DNA from: Podarcis filfolensis
Taxonomy: Eukaryota
Direction: 5' to 3' (one strand)
Assembly: GCA_964270895.1 (NCBI GenBank)
Contig: OZ185441.1
DNA length: 64,000 bases
Positions within the stretch are counted from its first letter, which is position 1. Every line of letters starts with the position of its first letter. Below, piece after piece: positions 36,090 to 48,832 of the stretch. A program made the position numbers and the translations under genes. The notes beneath the pieces are model-generated. The model was not told the origin of the DNA. It was given only the letters and a program-made list of their open reading frames with translations, and made no database searches.

Positions 36090-36786
36090 TAGTTGCTAAC
36101 ACCAAGTAAAATTGCTAAAATGTACAAAACAAGTTCAAAATTGTGTTGGAAATGTAAAGAGAAAGAGGGTACTTTTTATCATATGTGGTAGACATGGACA
36201 TTGGTAAAGGCTTTCTGGGAAATGATATATAATGAATTAAAGAAAATGTTTAAAATTACATTTGTTAAAAACCCAGAAGCCTTTTTACTAGGTATAAAAG
36301 ATGAAGAGTTATCAAGAGAAGACAAAATACTTTTTATGTATGCAACAATGGCAGCAAGAATGCTACTAGCCCAGAGATGGAAGGAAGGAGAAGTACCAAC
36401 AAAAGAAGAATGGCAGTTGAAACTGATGGAGTATGCAGAGATGGCGAAGCTGACGGGGAAGATCTGAAACCAGGAAGATCAAGTATTTTCTAAAGACTGG
36501 AGTAAATTTGTAATTTATTTAAAAGACCACTGTAAACAGTTAAAATCTTTGGCAGGGATGTAATGACACTTGTAATTTGGAATCATTTATGAAAATTATG
36601 GTTATATAACAGATGGATAATGGTAAAAGATGCAGCAAATTTAATTTTAAACATGGAACCCATGGAAGGGAGGGAAGGAGGTCCGAAGTCTCAAAATAAC
36701 CTTGTATTTTAATGTTTGAAATGGTTATGTTAAATATGTATAAAATTGTCAAAAAAATTAAAAAATTATAAAAGAAAGAAGAAGAA
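36090..36786 (+). mobile_element. L1-clade LINE 3' end (ORF2 CCHC region plus UTR)
   Basis: CWKCKEKEGTFYHMW*...KAFWEMIYNELKKMFKITFVKNPEAFLLG...EEWQLKLMEYAEMAKLTGKI; A-rich tail. Confidence 0.88.
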
Positions 36787-37260
36787 ACTAAATTGGATTT
36801 AGTTGCAGGCTACATCCTTAGATCTCTGATAACTTTTCAAAACATCTTAATTTTTGCACACCATGATAAGGTACTGTTCGGTCTTGATGAATGATGGCTG
36901 AATGAGGGGGACTGAATCCATGAAAAAAAAGTGGTGTGTTTGAGGTGCAAGTTCCATCTGTGGTGTTTGAGATAGGATGCCTCTTCTTTTACACATGCCA
37001 TTCGCCAGTTGACACTTTTGTCATCAAGTGTTGAGCGTACATGCATGAATCACCCTGTAAGGACATACATTGGGAGATATCATTGCATGTGTGGCCCAGA
37101 GGTACCGCATAAGCAACTATTCTTACTTCCTTGAGTTTTTTCAGACATAATATTGAAAGTACTACCATCTCTCCATGATAATGAACTTGTGTGCTTTTTG
37201 ATTCAACTTCTGCTATAGAAGTCATATTTAAAGGGAAAGTACCACAATGCTTTGCATATA

Positions 37261-37486
37261 CAGTGGTACCTCAGGTTACAGACGCTTCAGGTTACAGACT
37301 CCGCTAACCCAGAAATAGTACCTTGGGTTAAGAACTTTGCTTCAGGATGAGAACAGAAATTGCGTGGTGGCGGCATGGCGGCAGCAGGAGGCCCCATTAG
37401 TTAAAGTGGTACCTCAGGTTAAGAACAGTTTCAGGTTAAGAACGGACCTCCAGAACGAATTAAGTGCTTAACCCGAGGTATTACTG
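37261..37486 (-). mobile_element. Tigger-like MITE, copy 5 (inverted)
   Basis: TA-CAGTGGTACCTCAGGTTACA...CCCGAGGTATTACTG-TA. Confidence 0.88.
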
Positions 37487-38300
37487 TATCTATATATTGA
37501 TATTGATATCGATATCCCTAGGGTGCTAAATTGCCCAAGGCTTTCTCTCAGTGTGAATTTGTATCATGTAAGCCTATCAGTTTATCGTAAAATGAATGTG
37601 AAAGGACAGGACCTTGCTTGTTGTGACTTATGATGATTTTAATCCAACACTATATTCTTCCCTTAATCTAATTCTCAGGTATTGGAGGAAAACAGAACTT
37701 AGCATTATTAAATAGGATACCATGGACAGGACCACTTCCTTCAGTGATGCAAGGCGCAGGTTAATGACTTATGGCAACAGGACACAATTTAGTGGATTGA
37801 AGTATATGCCACTCATAGTGGTTTCTAGGCCAAACAGAAGTTCCACTTCATTTCTATGGAGAGAGAGTTCCATATAATTGCTCCTTCATAACAAAAGTTA
37901 TGGCAGCGATCTTGGATGATTCTTAAGAACATTATACAGCTTGAGATATAAAACACTTCACAATATTGTTGTTTATTTTAACAGGCAACTTTTGAAAATT
38001 TCTGTTTCTTTTATGTATTTTAAACATTTCTAAACCACCCTTCATCCAACAGATGCCTGGATGGTGTGCAACAACAGTTAAAAAACATTTTATTGTAATA
38101 AAGTGATTCCTTAAAACAACAATAAAACGGAAAGGCACAAGGGGTTGTAAGTCCATGTTTGGTATACTCAGAGTAGATCCACTGAAATTAATAGACACGA
38201 GCAACTTAAGCCAATTAATTTCAGTTGTTCTCTGAGTAGAGAGCAGTAGGACAACAAGAGGCCATAAAAACATTTTAGAATGGCTGAGCAAATAAAAGTC

Positions 38301-38805
38301 TCTTGTTGTTATTTGTTGTTTAGTCGTTTAGTCGTGTCCGACTCTTCGTGACCCCATGGACCAGAGCACGCCAGGCACTTCTGTCTTCCACTGCTTTCTG
38401 CAGTTTGGTCAGACTCATGCTGGTAGCTTCGAGAACACTATACAACCATCTCGTCCTCTGTCGTCCCCTTCTCCTTGTGCCCTCCATCTTTCCCAACATC
38501 AGGGTCTTTTCCAGGGAGTCTTCTCTTCTCATGAGGTGGCCAAAGTATTGGAGCCTCAGCTTCACAATCTGTCTTTCCAGTGAGCACTCAGGGCTGATTT
38601 CCTTAAGAATGGATAGGTTTGCTCTTCTTGCAGTCCATGGGACTCTCAAGAGTCTCCTCTAGCACCATAATTCAAAAGCATCAATTCTTCGGCGATCAGT
38701 CTTCTTTATGGTCCAGCTCTCACTTCCATACATCACTACTGGGAAAACCATAGCTTTTACTATACGGACCTTTGTTGGCAAGGTGATGTCTCTACTTTTT
38801 AAGTA
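38301..38805 (-). mobile_element. Bov-B LINE 3' fragment
   Basis: KSRDITLPTKVRIVKAMVFPVVMYGSESWTIKK...RVPWTARRANLSILKEISPECSLE...VHGVTKSRTRLND; (CAA)n-like tail. Confidence 0.93.
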
Positions 38806-39136
38806 CAAAAAAAGATGGTAGCATGTATTTTTATGAGTCGGTTTTTCAGAAATGGCAACGAACATGACTTTTTAAAAGCATAGAACCACAGAATAACAAG
38901 TTGCGTCCTTCCACTCTTGAGAGATCGCTAGATGAGCAGCAACCGACAGATACGGAATTAATTGTTGAGAAGCAAGATAAGCATTGGCAGCATCAACAAA
39001 TGGATCAGAGACTTAACTTAGGCTGACCTTTTAAGCGTTATTAAAACGATATTAGAAATACCGTTCTAAAACGTCAAAACAGGAAATGTTCTCTCTTGCT
39101 GTTTCTCCGCTGTCTCTCTGGTTTCTGATTGCTCTG

Positions 39137-39155
39137 TAGTGTCCTCTGGTGCCAC
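39137..39155. promoter_or_regulatory. CTCF-like motif in a CpG-retaining AT-rich block
   Basis: TAGTGTCCTCTGGTGCCAC versus CTCF consensus TAGCGCCCCCTGGTGGCCA; two mismatches at conserved positions. Confidence 0.25.
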
Positions 39156-41882
39156 ATTTTAACAATGCGCTAAGAACGTTAAGAGCAATGTGTCATTTGT
39201 CCCTCGGTTTTGAAAACTATTCTTTAACCCTTTCTTTACTTTATAAACCGTGAGTGTAGATCCGCCCTCAGTGTCCAAGGTGACCTGGTTTTTTGCTATT
39301 GTTAAGTGATATATGATATCATTGGTGCTATATATCATTTAGTGCTATTGCCTGTGGAATGCTCTACCAATAGACAGTCAGCAGACACCTTCTGCTTTAA
39401 CCTTTAAAGCCCTGTTGAAAACTTTTCTATGCCCCCAAGCTTTCACTGGCCATTAAAATACTAGTTGGTTGAGCTCTGATTTTAAATTTTATATGGTTTT
39501 TACTGCATGGTTTAATGTATCCTTTGAGAAAAAGGTGGGATATAAATGCCATAAAAAAAAGACTGAACCAGCAAATCACTCTGTACTTCTCATGTGCATT
39601 TCACCATGGTTTCATTTAATTTGCATGTTGTTTCCCAGCATCTTGTTGTACCACAATAGTTTTCACTGATACGATATGAAACCCTGGTTCCAAGTAATGC
39701 CGAGCGTGTTTTACTGGTTCTGTGAAGTGCATGGCAATGTACATGTGCAGAAAGGACACAAGCACCAGAGACTTCCAGTCAAATATTTGATGGCCGGTTG
39801 TTTTGAACTGGTATGTGTAGTTCAGAGCCTCTAAAGCTCTCAAAATCCTGGATGTTCATCTCCCTAGCCCACTTCCATCAGCATACTGCTCATGAAATCT
39901 CTAGACTTTACCAGGTATGTCCTTTTGCCAAACTGACTTCATATTTCCTCCAATCGCTGGAGGAGAAGAAGGGCATTCATAACAATAACTAATATCTATA
40001 GTCTCCATAGACTATGTGTGTGTATAACTATGCCTGGCTACAGAATACTAGTTATTTACCGAGTCTCCCCTCACCTTGCCATTCTTGTTTAGTTCAGATA
40101 TATATTGCCATTTTACTACTCCTGAGGTAAATGTAAGGCCTCCCAGAAAAAAATATTGCAATCGGCGCCAATTCTTTCCTCTTGTTTCCCTTCGCATCTC
40201 TCAACCTACCTCAGCCAATGTTTATTGAACTCCATGAGTTGTCAAGACAGTATTTGTAAGTGGATTTTAACTGTATGTGAGCTGTACAAATGTAATAATA
40301 TTACCCAACTCTTGTTTAATTTTGAAAGCTCCATCCTTGACAACGTAGCTCATAAAGGATGGTTCAGGCTGAATTATCCATTATTGTTCCCAAAGTCTAC
40401 AATTAAACTATCGATCAGAGCTGGCAGAAAGAAAGAAAAAGGCTCGTCCAGTCCGGGTGCCGACGATGCACCGCTGACTGTGTCAGACACACAGCCTGAG
40501 AGGGAATGCAAGGCCAGACTCTGCCTTCAGCTAATCCTCTCAGTTCCAGCTGGCCTGGATAGAGCCATGATTATGTATTGTGCTTATGCAGTTTTAATAG
40601 GGTGGGTCTTATGCAATTTGCGACCTTCATTTTTGCACAGGAAGACTTGGAGCTTAGCAGGTTCAGATCCACGGGGAACCAGTGTTGGCTCGTCGACTTC
40701 TTCAGATACTGAAAATGCATCTTTTCTGGGGAATTCCACAATAAAATGACTGTTATTTATCATTACAAACCTCTTTATCATTTAGTCAATAAAAGGCCTC
40801 TCTCCCTCACTTTTTTTTTCCTGTGGTGTGCTCAGAGTCAGAAATCTGTATTAGTCTCTACTGGCCTGAAGGCAGGAGATGTCAAAAGCTAAATCATGAT
40901 CTGCCCTGGCTTTCTGGCTAAATTGTGTATGAAGGCCTGAGGCAAAAAGGTGCACATGCTCATTATTTGAAACAGAATGATTTCACCCCCTCCCCTCCTT
41001 TCCTTTCCTCTTTCCTTAAAAAAAAATATATTGAGACATATATGGTAACATGAATACAGTATATACACTCTTCTAAAGTATCAACCTTGAAAAGAAAGAA
41101 AGAAAAGCATCCAAAACAGGGCTAAATATGTTAACTCCATGTAAGAAAAAAGGGATAATACTAGGAAATGGCCTCCTTTAGATCTTTCTAATAAGAACAA
41201 AGGGGGCAAGGATATCGCGATTTCACATGGCTGAAAGATTCTTGGGCGTCAAGCTGTGCACAGATTCTTCTTCTTCTTGTGAGAAATTAGCACACCCCAG
41301 AAACCTTTGGTTGTGGCTCAGGATACATCTCTCCTGTTTCTCTCTCGGTGCTGAAACGGGCACCACACCTTCCAGGTGAGTGTCAGCACATTCCTTTGCT
41401 CTGTGTAAGATGGCTGTCGTTTACCTGACACTTGTGCCTGACTGGACAGTACCATTGACATCAACCAAAGATTTCCAGAGGGATAGGCATGTTAGTCTGT
41501 TGCGATGTCAAAGAGTGCTGTGGTGCTTTGAAGATTAACAAACAAGCTGCATTGGACTAAAAACGGACTAAAGCCTATTTAGTTGGCAGATCTCATAACT
41601 GTGTTAAAGCTTAAATGTGAAATTAATATAGTGACCATTCACAAGGCAATGTTGATAAAAATACATACAGCCTGGCTTTGGGAAATTTAATCAACATCTG
41701 TAGTGTGATAATAGTAATAATAAAATTATCTAGATTCAAGTCACAGGAGATGGAACTGAACTCCTTGTTAAGTATTAATTCAGCAGGTTCACACTGGAAA
41801 TGGAGAGTGCTAGAGAGCCGGGTCTAAGGTTCTCCACCCACACAGTGGGCAATGGATTTTGTTATATATTCTAGGTCGAAGC

Positions 41883-42074
41883 CAGAGGTGCGAACTTCAA
41901 TTAAATATTGGGGGACCCAGGGAAGCCCCACCCTGCATAATCGATTCTGAGATGTGGCACACAAACACTATTTGAATTTGCAATGCCTATCAACTGGGGG
42001 GGAGGGGCTGGCACCCACAAATATTTTATGGGGAGGGGGCTAAGGGACCTCAGCCCTTAGGAGTTGGCCCCACG
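41883..42074 (-). mobile_element. hAT-type MITE (same family as 14189-14381, inverted)
   Basis: CAGAGGTGCGAACTT...GGAGTTGGCCCCACG; perfect 8-bp TSD GTCGAAGC. Confidence 0.85.
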
Positions 42075-42182
42075 GTCGAAGCTGAAGCACGTAGGCATGT
42101 GTAGCACTCACTAGGTTTCTGATATATGGAGGTGCTTACAGATTTGTTATGTAGTTGCAGTGTAATTGTGGGACATCTTCAG

Positions 42183-42428
42183 GAGAAGAAGAAGAAGAGT
42201 TTGGATTTGATACCCCACTTTATCACTACCCGAAGGAGTCTCAAAGTGGCTAACATTCTCCCTTCCTCCCCCACAACAAACACCCTGTGAGGTGAGTGGG
42301 GCTGAGAGACTTCAGAGAAGAGTGACTAGCCCAAGGTCACCCAGCAGCTGCATGTGGAGGAGTGGAGATGCGAACCCGGTTCACCAGATTACGAGACTAC
42401 CGCTCTTAACCACTACACCACACTGGCT
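42183..42428 (-). mobile_element. tRNA-derived CORE/MIR-like SINE with (CTT)n tail
   Basis: Minus strand begins AGCCAGTGTGGTGTAGTGGTTAAGAGCGG (A box) ...GGGTTCGCATCTCC (B box) and carries the core TGGGTGACCTTGGGCTAGTCAC. Confidence 0.75.
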
Positions 42429-42539
42429 ATGGAGTAAACCCTACACAAATCCAGGGGGGAATCGCTAAAATGGCTGGATCATGTATGTATGTATGTATAT
42501 ATATGTATTTTATATACTGCCCTTCATCAAGACATCCCA

Positions 42540-43490
42540 GGGCGGTTCACAGAATAAAATACAAGATGAAACACAAATAAATAATTAAATCGAAACAACA
42601 AAACATAACCGACCCCCGACCCCATTCCCACAGATACATGTAAAAGGCTGTAGGATATTAATCAGCCAAAGGCTTGGCTGAAGAGGAATGTTTTCACCTG
42701 GCACCTAAAAACATATAATGAAGGCACCAGGCGAACCAGCTCCACAAACGGGGAGCCACTGCAAAAAAGGCCCATTCTCGTGTTGCTGCCCTCTGGACCT
42801 CACGTGGAGGCATTATATATGTATATAATGCACTGCGGTAGTCTAACCTAGATGTTACCAAAGCATAGATGACACAAGTTAGGCTATCCTTGTCCACACA
42901 GGGGTGCAGCTGGGCCACCAGCTGAAGCTGATGGAAGACTCTCTGTGCCACTGAGGCCATCTGAGTCTCAAGCAACAGCAAAGGATCCAGAAGTAACCCC
43001 ATGTTACGTGGCCTTCTTCAGAGGGAGTGTAACCCCATCAAGAGCAGGCAACCTCCCATCAGTCTTATCTGGACTGAGCTTCTGCTTGTTGGCTCTCATC
43101 TAGTCCATTACTGAGGCAAGACAATGGTCCAGAACATCCACTGTTACACCAGTGAATGTAAAGGAGAAGTAGAGCTGTGTGCCGTCAGCATCTTGCTGAC
43201 AACAGACTCCAAAACTCCATATAACCCCACTTAGTGGTTTCATGTAGATATTAAATAGCATAGGGGATAAAATTAAACCCCAAGGAACCCCACGTTGAAG
43301 TCTCCACAGGGCTGAGGAGCAGTCCCCAAGCATCGCCCTCTGTAAGTGACCATCCAAGTAGGACTTGAACCACACAGCAAAGCAGTGCCACCCATTCTTA
43401 ACTCGGACAGCTGCTCCAGAAGCTGCTCAATGGTATCGAAAGTCACTGACAAGTCAAGGAGAAACAATAGGGTTGCGTCTCTTCTCTAGG
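42540..43490 (-). mobile_element. Decayed L2-clade LINE ORF2 (reverse transcriptase) fragment with internal deletions
   Basis: LLDLSVTFDTI, WFKSYLDG, GVPWGLILSPMLFNIYMKPL, QDADGTQLY (YADD motif region), ALVTSRLDY, RAFFAVAPRLW-like end. Confidence 0.85.
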
Positions 43491-43594
43491 AATTGGTTCC
43501 TAGGCATAGGTATAGAAGGCAGGACTGGATCTAATTTGTAGGTAGCAGACATGAAAGTGATGCTTTGTGGTGCTCTGTGGCTAAATTTATTTAA

Positions 43595-43738
43595 CTCCGT
43601 CAGTAGAGTGTGAGACTCTTAATCTCAAGGTCATGGGTTTGAGCCCCATATTGGGCGAAAAATTCCAGCATTGCAAGGGATTGGGACCAGATAACCTTTG
43701 TGGTCCCTTCCAACTCTTAAAGTCTATGATTCTATGAT
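43595..43738 (+). mobile_element. tRNA-Lys-derived SINE with CR1-type 3' tail
   Basis: GTCAGTAGAGTGTGAGACTCTTAATCTCAAGGTCATGGGTTTGAGCCCCATATTGGGCG is a decayed tRNA-Lys(CTT); followed by GGTCCCTTCCAACTC...(CTATGATT)2, the CR1 octamer tail. Confidence 0.8.
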
Positions 43739-44070
43739 TTAACCACAGAGCCTAGGGCTTGCTGATCAGAAGGTTGGCGGTTCGAATCCCTGCAACGGGG
43801 TGAGCTCCCGTTGCTCTGTCCCTGCTCCTGCCCACCTAGCAGTTCGAAAGCTTGTCAAGTGCAAGTAGAAGTAGTACCTTCCAGCGGGAAGGTAAACGGC
43901 GTTTCCATGCGCTGCTCTGGTTCACCAGAAGCGGCTTACCTGTAGTCATGCTGGCCGCATGACCTGGAAGCTGTATGCTGGCTCCCTCGGCCAGTAAAGT
44001 GAGATGAGCACCACAACCCCAGAGTCGTCCGCGACTGGACCTAACGGTCAGGGGTCCCTTTACCTTTACT
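43739..44070 (+). mobile_element. Sauria SINE (5' end displaced by the tRNA-Lys SINE)
   Basis: AACCACAGAGCCTAGGGCTTGCTGATCAGAAGG...GGGGTCCCTTTACCTTTAC. Confidence 0.9.
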
Positions 44071-44321
44071 TAATACGTTTAGGGTGTCATTCCCTTTTCA
44101 AGTGCTAAGAGTGAGAAGGTAGTTTCAGGATTTTTGTCCCAAATATAATCTGACCTACTTTTCAATATTTCTCTCCCAATGTGCCTCCATTCTCTCTCTT
44201 TTTAAAGTTTAGCTAAGGTGTTATTTTATTGGGGTCAGGCTTCATTTGAAGTTCTGCTACTTTATAGAGGATTCCAAGAGAGACTTATTCAATATTATTA
44301 TTGTTATTAGTATTATTATTA

Positions 44322-44563
44322 CAATGGTATCTCAGGTTAAGAACTTAATTCGTTCTGGAGGTCTGTTCTTAACCTGAAACTGTTCTTAACCTGAAGCACC
44401 ACTTTAGCTAATGGGGCCTCTCGCTGTTGGCGCGCCGCCAGAGAATGATTTCTGTTCTCATCCTGAAGCAAAGTTCTTAACCCAAGGTACTATTTCTGGG
44501 TTAGTGGAGTCTGTAACCTGAAGCGTCTGTAACCTGAAGTGTCAGTAACCCGAGGTACCACTG
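44322..44563 (+). mobile_element. Tigger-like MITE, copy 6
   Basis: TA-CAATGGTATCTCAGGTTA...CCCGAGGTACCACTG-TA. Confidence 0.88.
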
Positions 44564-47500
44564 TAGTAGTAGTATTAGTATACCACCCTTCATCTGAAGA
44601 TCCCAGGACAGAAAAATAAAAAATGATGCCAGGTAGACTCAGATAGACTCAGATAGGTAGGAATGAGATGTTTACTCTGGATAGACATAGGACAAATAAA
44701 GGAATGAGGATGAAACCGTAGACATTAAATTGGTTGTAGAATCAGTATAAGGAAGGCTGTAAGGAGGGCAGAACTTTAAGTATCACAGTCCAACTCCATT
44801 CCCACAGCTTTTATTACTCTGATGTCCCATTGTCTTGCATCTTTCCAAGTGAACTGCTTGAGCAGATGCCTCGTTTCAGTACTATATGCAAAACCTACAC
44901 ATGTAAATCTTCCATGATAGTAGGGAATAAGATTTGTTCTCCATCTGAGATATAATTAAATTCGTGTGACTAGTACTAATGCTAGACAATACCTTACAGT
45001 AAAATATATAAGGAAAATGAACAAAGCAGTACTGAGATATAATCTTAAGCAATCGCATTAAAGGCAGTTCTAGAATAACAGGAAAACTAGATTAGTATTC
45101 ATTACGTTTTTGAGATATATATTAAGATGTAGTGTTTCTTTTTCAAGGGAAGACGTTGCTTCTGCTGAAAAGGAATTACTATTTATTTCTATTTAATGTG
45201 CTTTATGGAAGAATCAGATGTGCAGAAAGCAGTTCTTGCTACTTCTTCTCATTTGATTTTCTTTTTTTTGCCATATCCGTGTTGCCTAATAATATTATAA
45301 TAGACCTTCCTCAGTTTTTTAAAGTGTTCTCATTTTTAAGTGCATGTTTTTAAGAATAATTTTTCCTTTTCCCAATAATTCAATACATTCTCTCATATTG
45401 TGGTCCCCCCCCCCGATTCATTTTGCGCCTCATATAATTGAACTGGGAATGCTTTTTATGATATGGAATGCCCCCCAACCCCCCCCAGCAACGATGGGGG
45501 AGATACCTAGTCATACCCCCCACATCTGGTTTTTGATGTTGACGTAAGAACTATGCCGCTGACATCTAGTTTTCAGACGTTTGTGTGTGAGAGAGGCACT
45601 ACCTGTAATGTAAAATGGTGGAACCACAACACAAGTTTCAGCAAGAACTAGAGGAGTGTGGATGACTAACTCCACTGAAACGCAATGCATCGGAGCGACG
45701 TGGGAGTTTCCAAAGGGGTTGGTTTAGCTGTAAGACCACATACACACAAGCAAGTCCTAACTACATGTCGCTATCTTAAAGTGATGGGCATGGCTGGGTG
45801 AACCAGCCCTATAGAATCACATGCTTTTTTTTAACCACAGAAGCCTAGCGTATAGCTGCAGCCTATATGACCACAAGCTGCTGAAAAATTTAGCAAAATT
45901 TTAGGCTCATGTCACAATATCCCAGAGCACATAAAACTGACATAAACTCAGTGCTTTCTGTTTGCTTGTTTTTTGCTTTTTGTACAGGACGTCGACTGGG
46001 TCTCTTAGGTGATGAGCAGGGTAGAAAGATGATAGGTTGATTACCCCACTGTTGTGTTTATTGTGCTGCACTGATGCATCTTTCACAATTTTTACTATCG
46101 CAGTCCAGCGTTGCTGTGGAGAACAAGGAAGACCCATAAAGATGACATGTTTGCTGTCCTGCTCCCTGACGGGACTTCAATGTATTACCTGGATCTAATT
46201 ATCTCATCTTCAGCTGACAGAGAGGCTACCATAGAACATTTTCCATCACTGGGGGGCTCAGCCAAGCTTCCAATGGGCTGTCTAATAGTATGATATATTT
46301 TTGGACCTCCTGCTCATTGGATGAACAGGCTGGGGTAAATCATGTATTGACCTCCAAGCATTTATAAACTGTGGAACATCACATTCTCATCAGAGCCACA
46401 GGGGCAGTAAACTATAGTTTCTCGGCTGTGAAACATGGTTTTGGTTATGCACTGCGTTACTAGGGTTTGTGCCTAAACAACTATACATCATTTGTGGCAC
46501 TTGTCGCCTTCTTTATTGAAAGGCAAAACAAAGAGTTGAGGACAAAAATCATTACTACTTTAGCAATTTTTCACAAAATGCTTTTGTTTTGTACTTGACA
46601 CACAGATGGGACGTTGCACCACAGTATGGATGATGTATGGTGCGTGACAAATTTCATTTCCTTTATAAAACAAGGATCATAAGAGTGGACAAATTTGGGG
46701 GGAAGAGATTGCATGGGGGCTTTTAGTATGGGTTAAAGGAATGTAATTTTTTTTTCTGTCTTTAAGGTTGCAGGCTTTAATTGGTTTACTCGGTTGATCA
46801 ACTAAAGGTTTAGTTGATAAATCAGTAGTGTCCAAGTTTAATTGGTGGGACTGTGAGTTAAGGGAACACATGCTATATAGAGTAGCTGATTTTTGAGGCT
46901 ATTCTGGTTTTGGTGTTTAGAATAAAGGAATAAATGGGAAATGTGACTAGATTGCATTTCCTTCTGACCATGAGTGGTACCTTATTTTTCTTTCTTTCTT
47001 GATAAATTGTAAGATATTTCATGCTTCCTTTCATATCTCAAAAATGTTATTATATGGATTAGGAAAACTGTGGTATACTAATACTGATTTGAGTCTTCCT
47101 GTGCTCATGCTTGTATGGCCAAACCTGAACAGAAAGGGGGGAAAAGTAATCCATATACAACAGAGATATATTGACAGACTCGAGGTAGCCATGTGGTGCA
47201 TAAGTTCAAAATATCTGCAATGGAGGAAACCCTAAAAGGTGAGAGCCACAGAACATCCCCATAGAACTCTAAGGAAGGAATGTTGAGAGGCTGAGGGGGT
47301 GTTCAGGCAAATGCCTGAACATCTGAGGTCTTAAACAACAGAGACACAGGCAGGGATGAGCATGAGAGTTCTACCCCCAATATGCTCAGGCATGTAAGCT
47401 CCTATTTAGGCATTTGTGCAATTAGTCAGAAGGTTTGTGGAGTGTGCTCTAAGTGTGTTCAGTTTAATGGACTTAACAACCTCTTGTGAGGCAGGGTTTC

Positions 47501-48324
47501 TGATTGTGGGGAGGTTTCTAAGTGTGCTCAACCCAACATGATTCAAAACCCTTGGCAGATCTTCATGTTAAGCATGCAAACCACCTACAGAGGAGCGTCC
47601 ACGTGTATGGAGTATGGGGGAATTTGCATTAGAGTGGTCTCTGCCACTCTAAGCCCACACGTGGACACCTAAATGGGTCTTGAGGGGCGAACTCAGTGGG
47701 AAATTTCTAGATAGCCTTTCCACCCAAAGGACCCTAGGGTAATGTACAATATGCAGAAACACAAAATACACATCACATTCCAAGACTACATCACCCTCAA
47801 CACGGTGGCAACTACATAGCTTGGGAGGACCACCAGGGCTTATGCCAATATCATCACTAGCCCCATGGACATCTGGTTAACACTGAGAAAACGACTTTAA
47901 ATGTCCCTGGGGAGTGAAGAGAGAGCTGTCCATAGACATAAATTGAAAAACTAAACAATTTAATGCAGCTGGGATGGGAGGAAATGTGTTCACCCAGCCA
48001 TTCTCCCTACCCGACCCCACCCCATTTTTAAAAAACTCATATTGGAGAAAACAGCCCAATAAGGACTGAGCACGTTCACTGGGCAAGGAATGCTGAATGA
48101 CTGGCGTTTCATGGAGGGAGGGGGTTGTGGCGGTGAAGAAAAGCAGGCTGAGGGTGAAGGGAATGTAGTGGCTGGAACCTTGAACAGAAACATTCTACAC
48201 TGCAATGTTTTGTTGCAGGGCTTTGCTAGCATGAACAAATAATTTGATAGAAAATTTGAGTAATTGGTTAAAAGGGGCTGGTAATATTGTATCGGGAAAC
48301 TTTTAATGTTTGATGTTTTACAAA

Positions 48325-48420
48325 TTTTTATATGTGCTGTAAGCCACCCAGAGTGGCTGGGAAAGCCAAGCCAGATGGGCGAGGTATAAATATTAAACAT
48401 AGTAGTAGTAGTAGTAGTAT
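48325..48420 (+). mobile_element. L2-type LINE extreme 3' tail with (TAG)n
   Basis: TGTAAGCCACCCAGAGTGGCTGGGAAAGCCAAGCCAGATGGGCGAGGTATAAAT. Confidence 0.65.
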
Positions 48421-48832
48421 GTTTCTTTTTCTTTTTAAACTAGTTTTAAGGAGGGGGGGGAACCATCTCTAGTTCAAACTCTTTGAAGAGTGTAATTGTC
48501 TTGGCAAATATCGATTATGTGAATATACTGGAAGCAATAGAAGAGGCTTGTGTTAGTGCTTTCGTATGACCTTGATAGTTATATTCCTTGCCTGAAGAGG
48601 ATATTAATGTAAGGTGATGCAGTGCAGAGACCTAGTGGTGTGATTTGAGGTTTGTATGCCAGAAAAATCTAAACTAAGAACTGTGTAACTTGCCCCAAAG
48701 GATTTTCTTCAAAGAGAAGTCTTTCCCAACACATCCCATATGGTAAATCAGTTTGGAACCGAGTCGCCAATCTAGACATTACTTTGGAAAACATGTGATC
48801 CTAAATCCAGTTTTGTTAAGTGAACAGGAAAT

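Noticed and set aside
10815-36786. All three L1 ends on the plus strand implying a minus-strand host gene
   Set aside because: n=3 is not significant, and other LINE classes occur in both orientations.
40156-40749. 197-codon ORF as a protein-coding gene
   Set aside because: TTG start, no recognisable domain, and Cys/Leu/Ser-rich composition typical of spurious frames in non-coding DNA.
43595-43660. Possible tRNA-Lys(CTT) gene
   Set aside because: Acceptor stem 5' end missing, B box decayed (GGTTTGAG), and it is followed by a CR1-type tail rather than a T-run terminator, so it is a SINE head.
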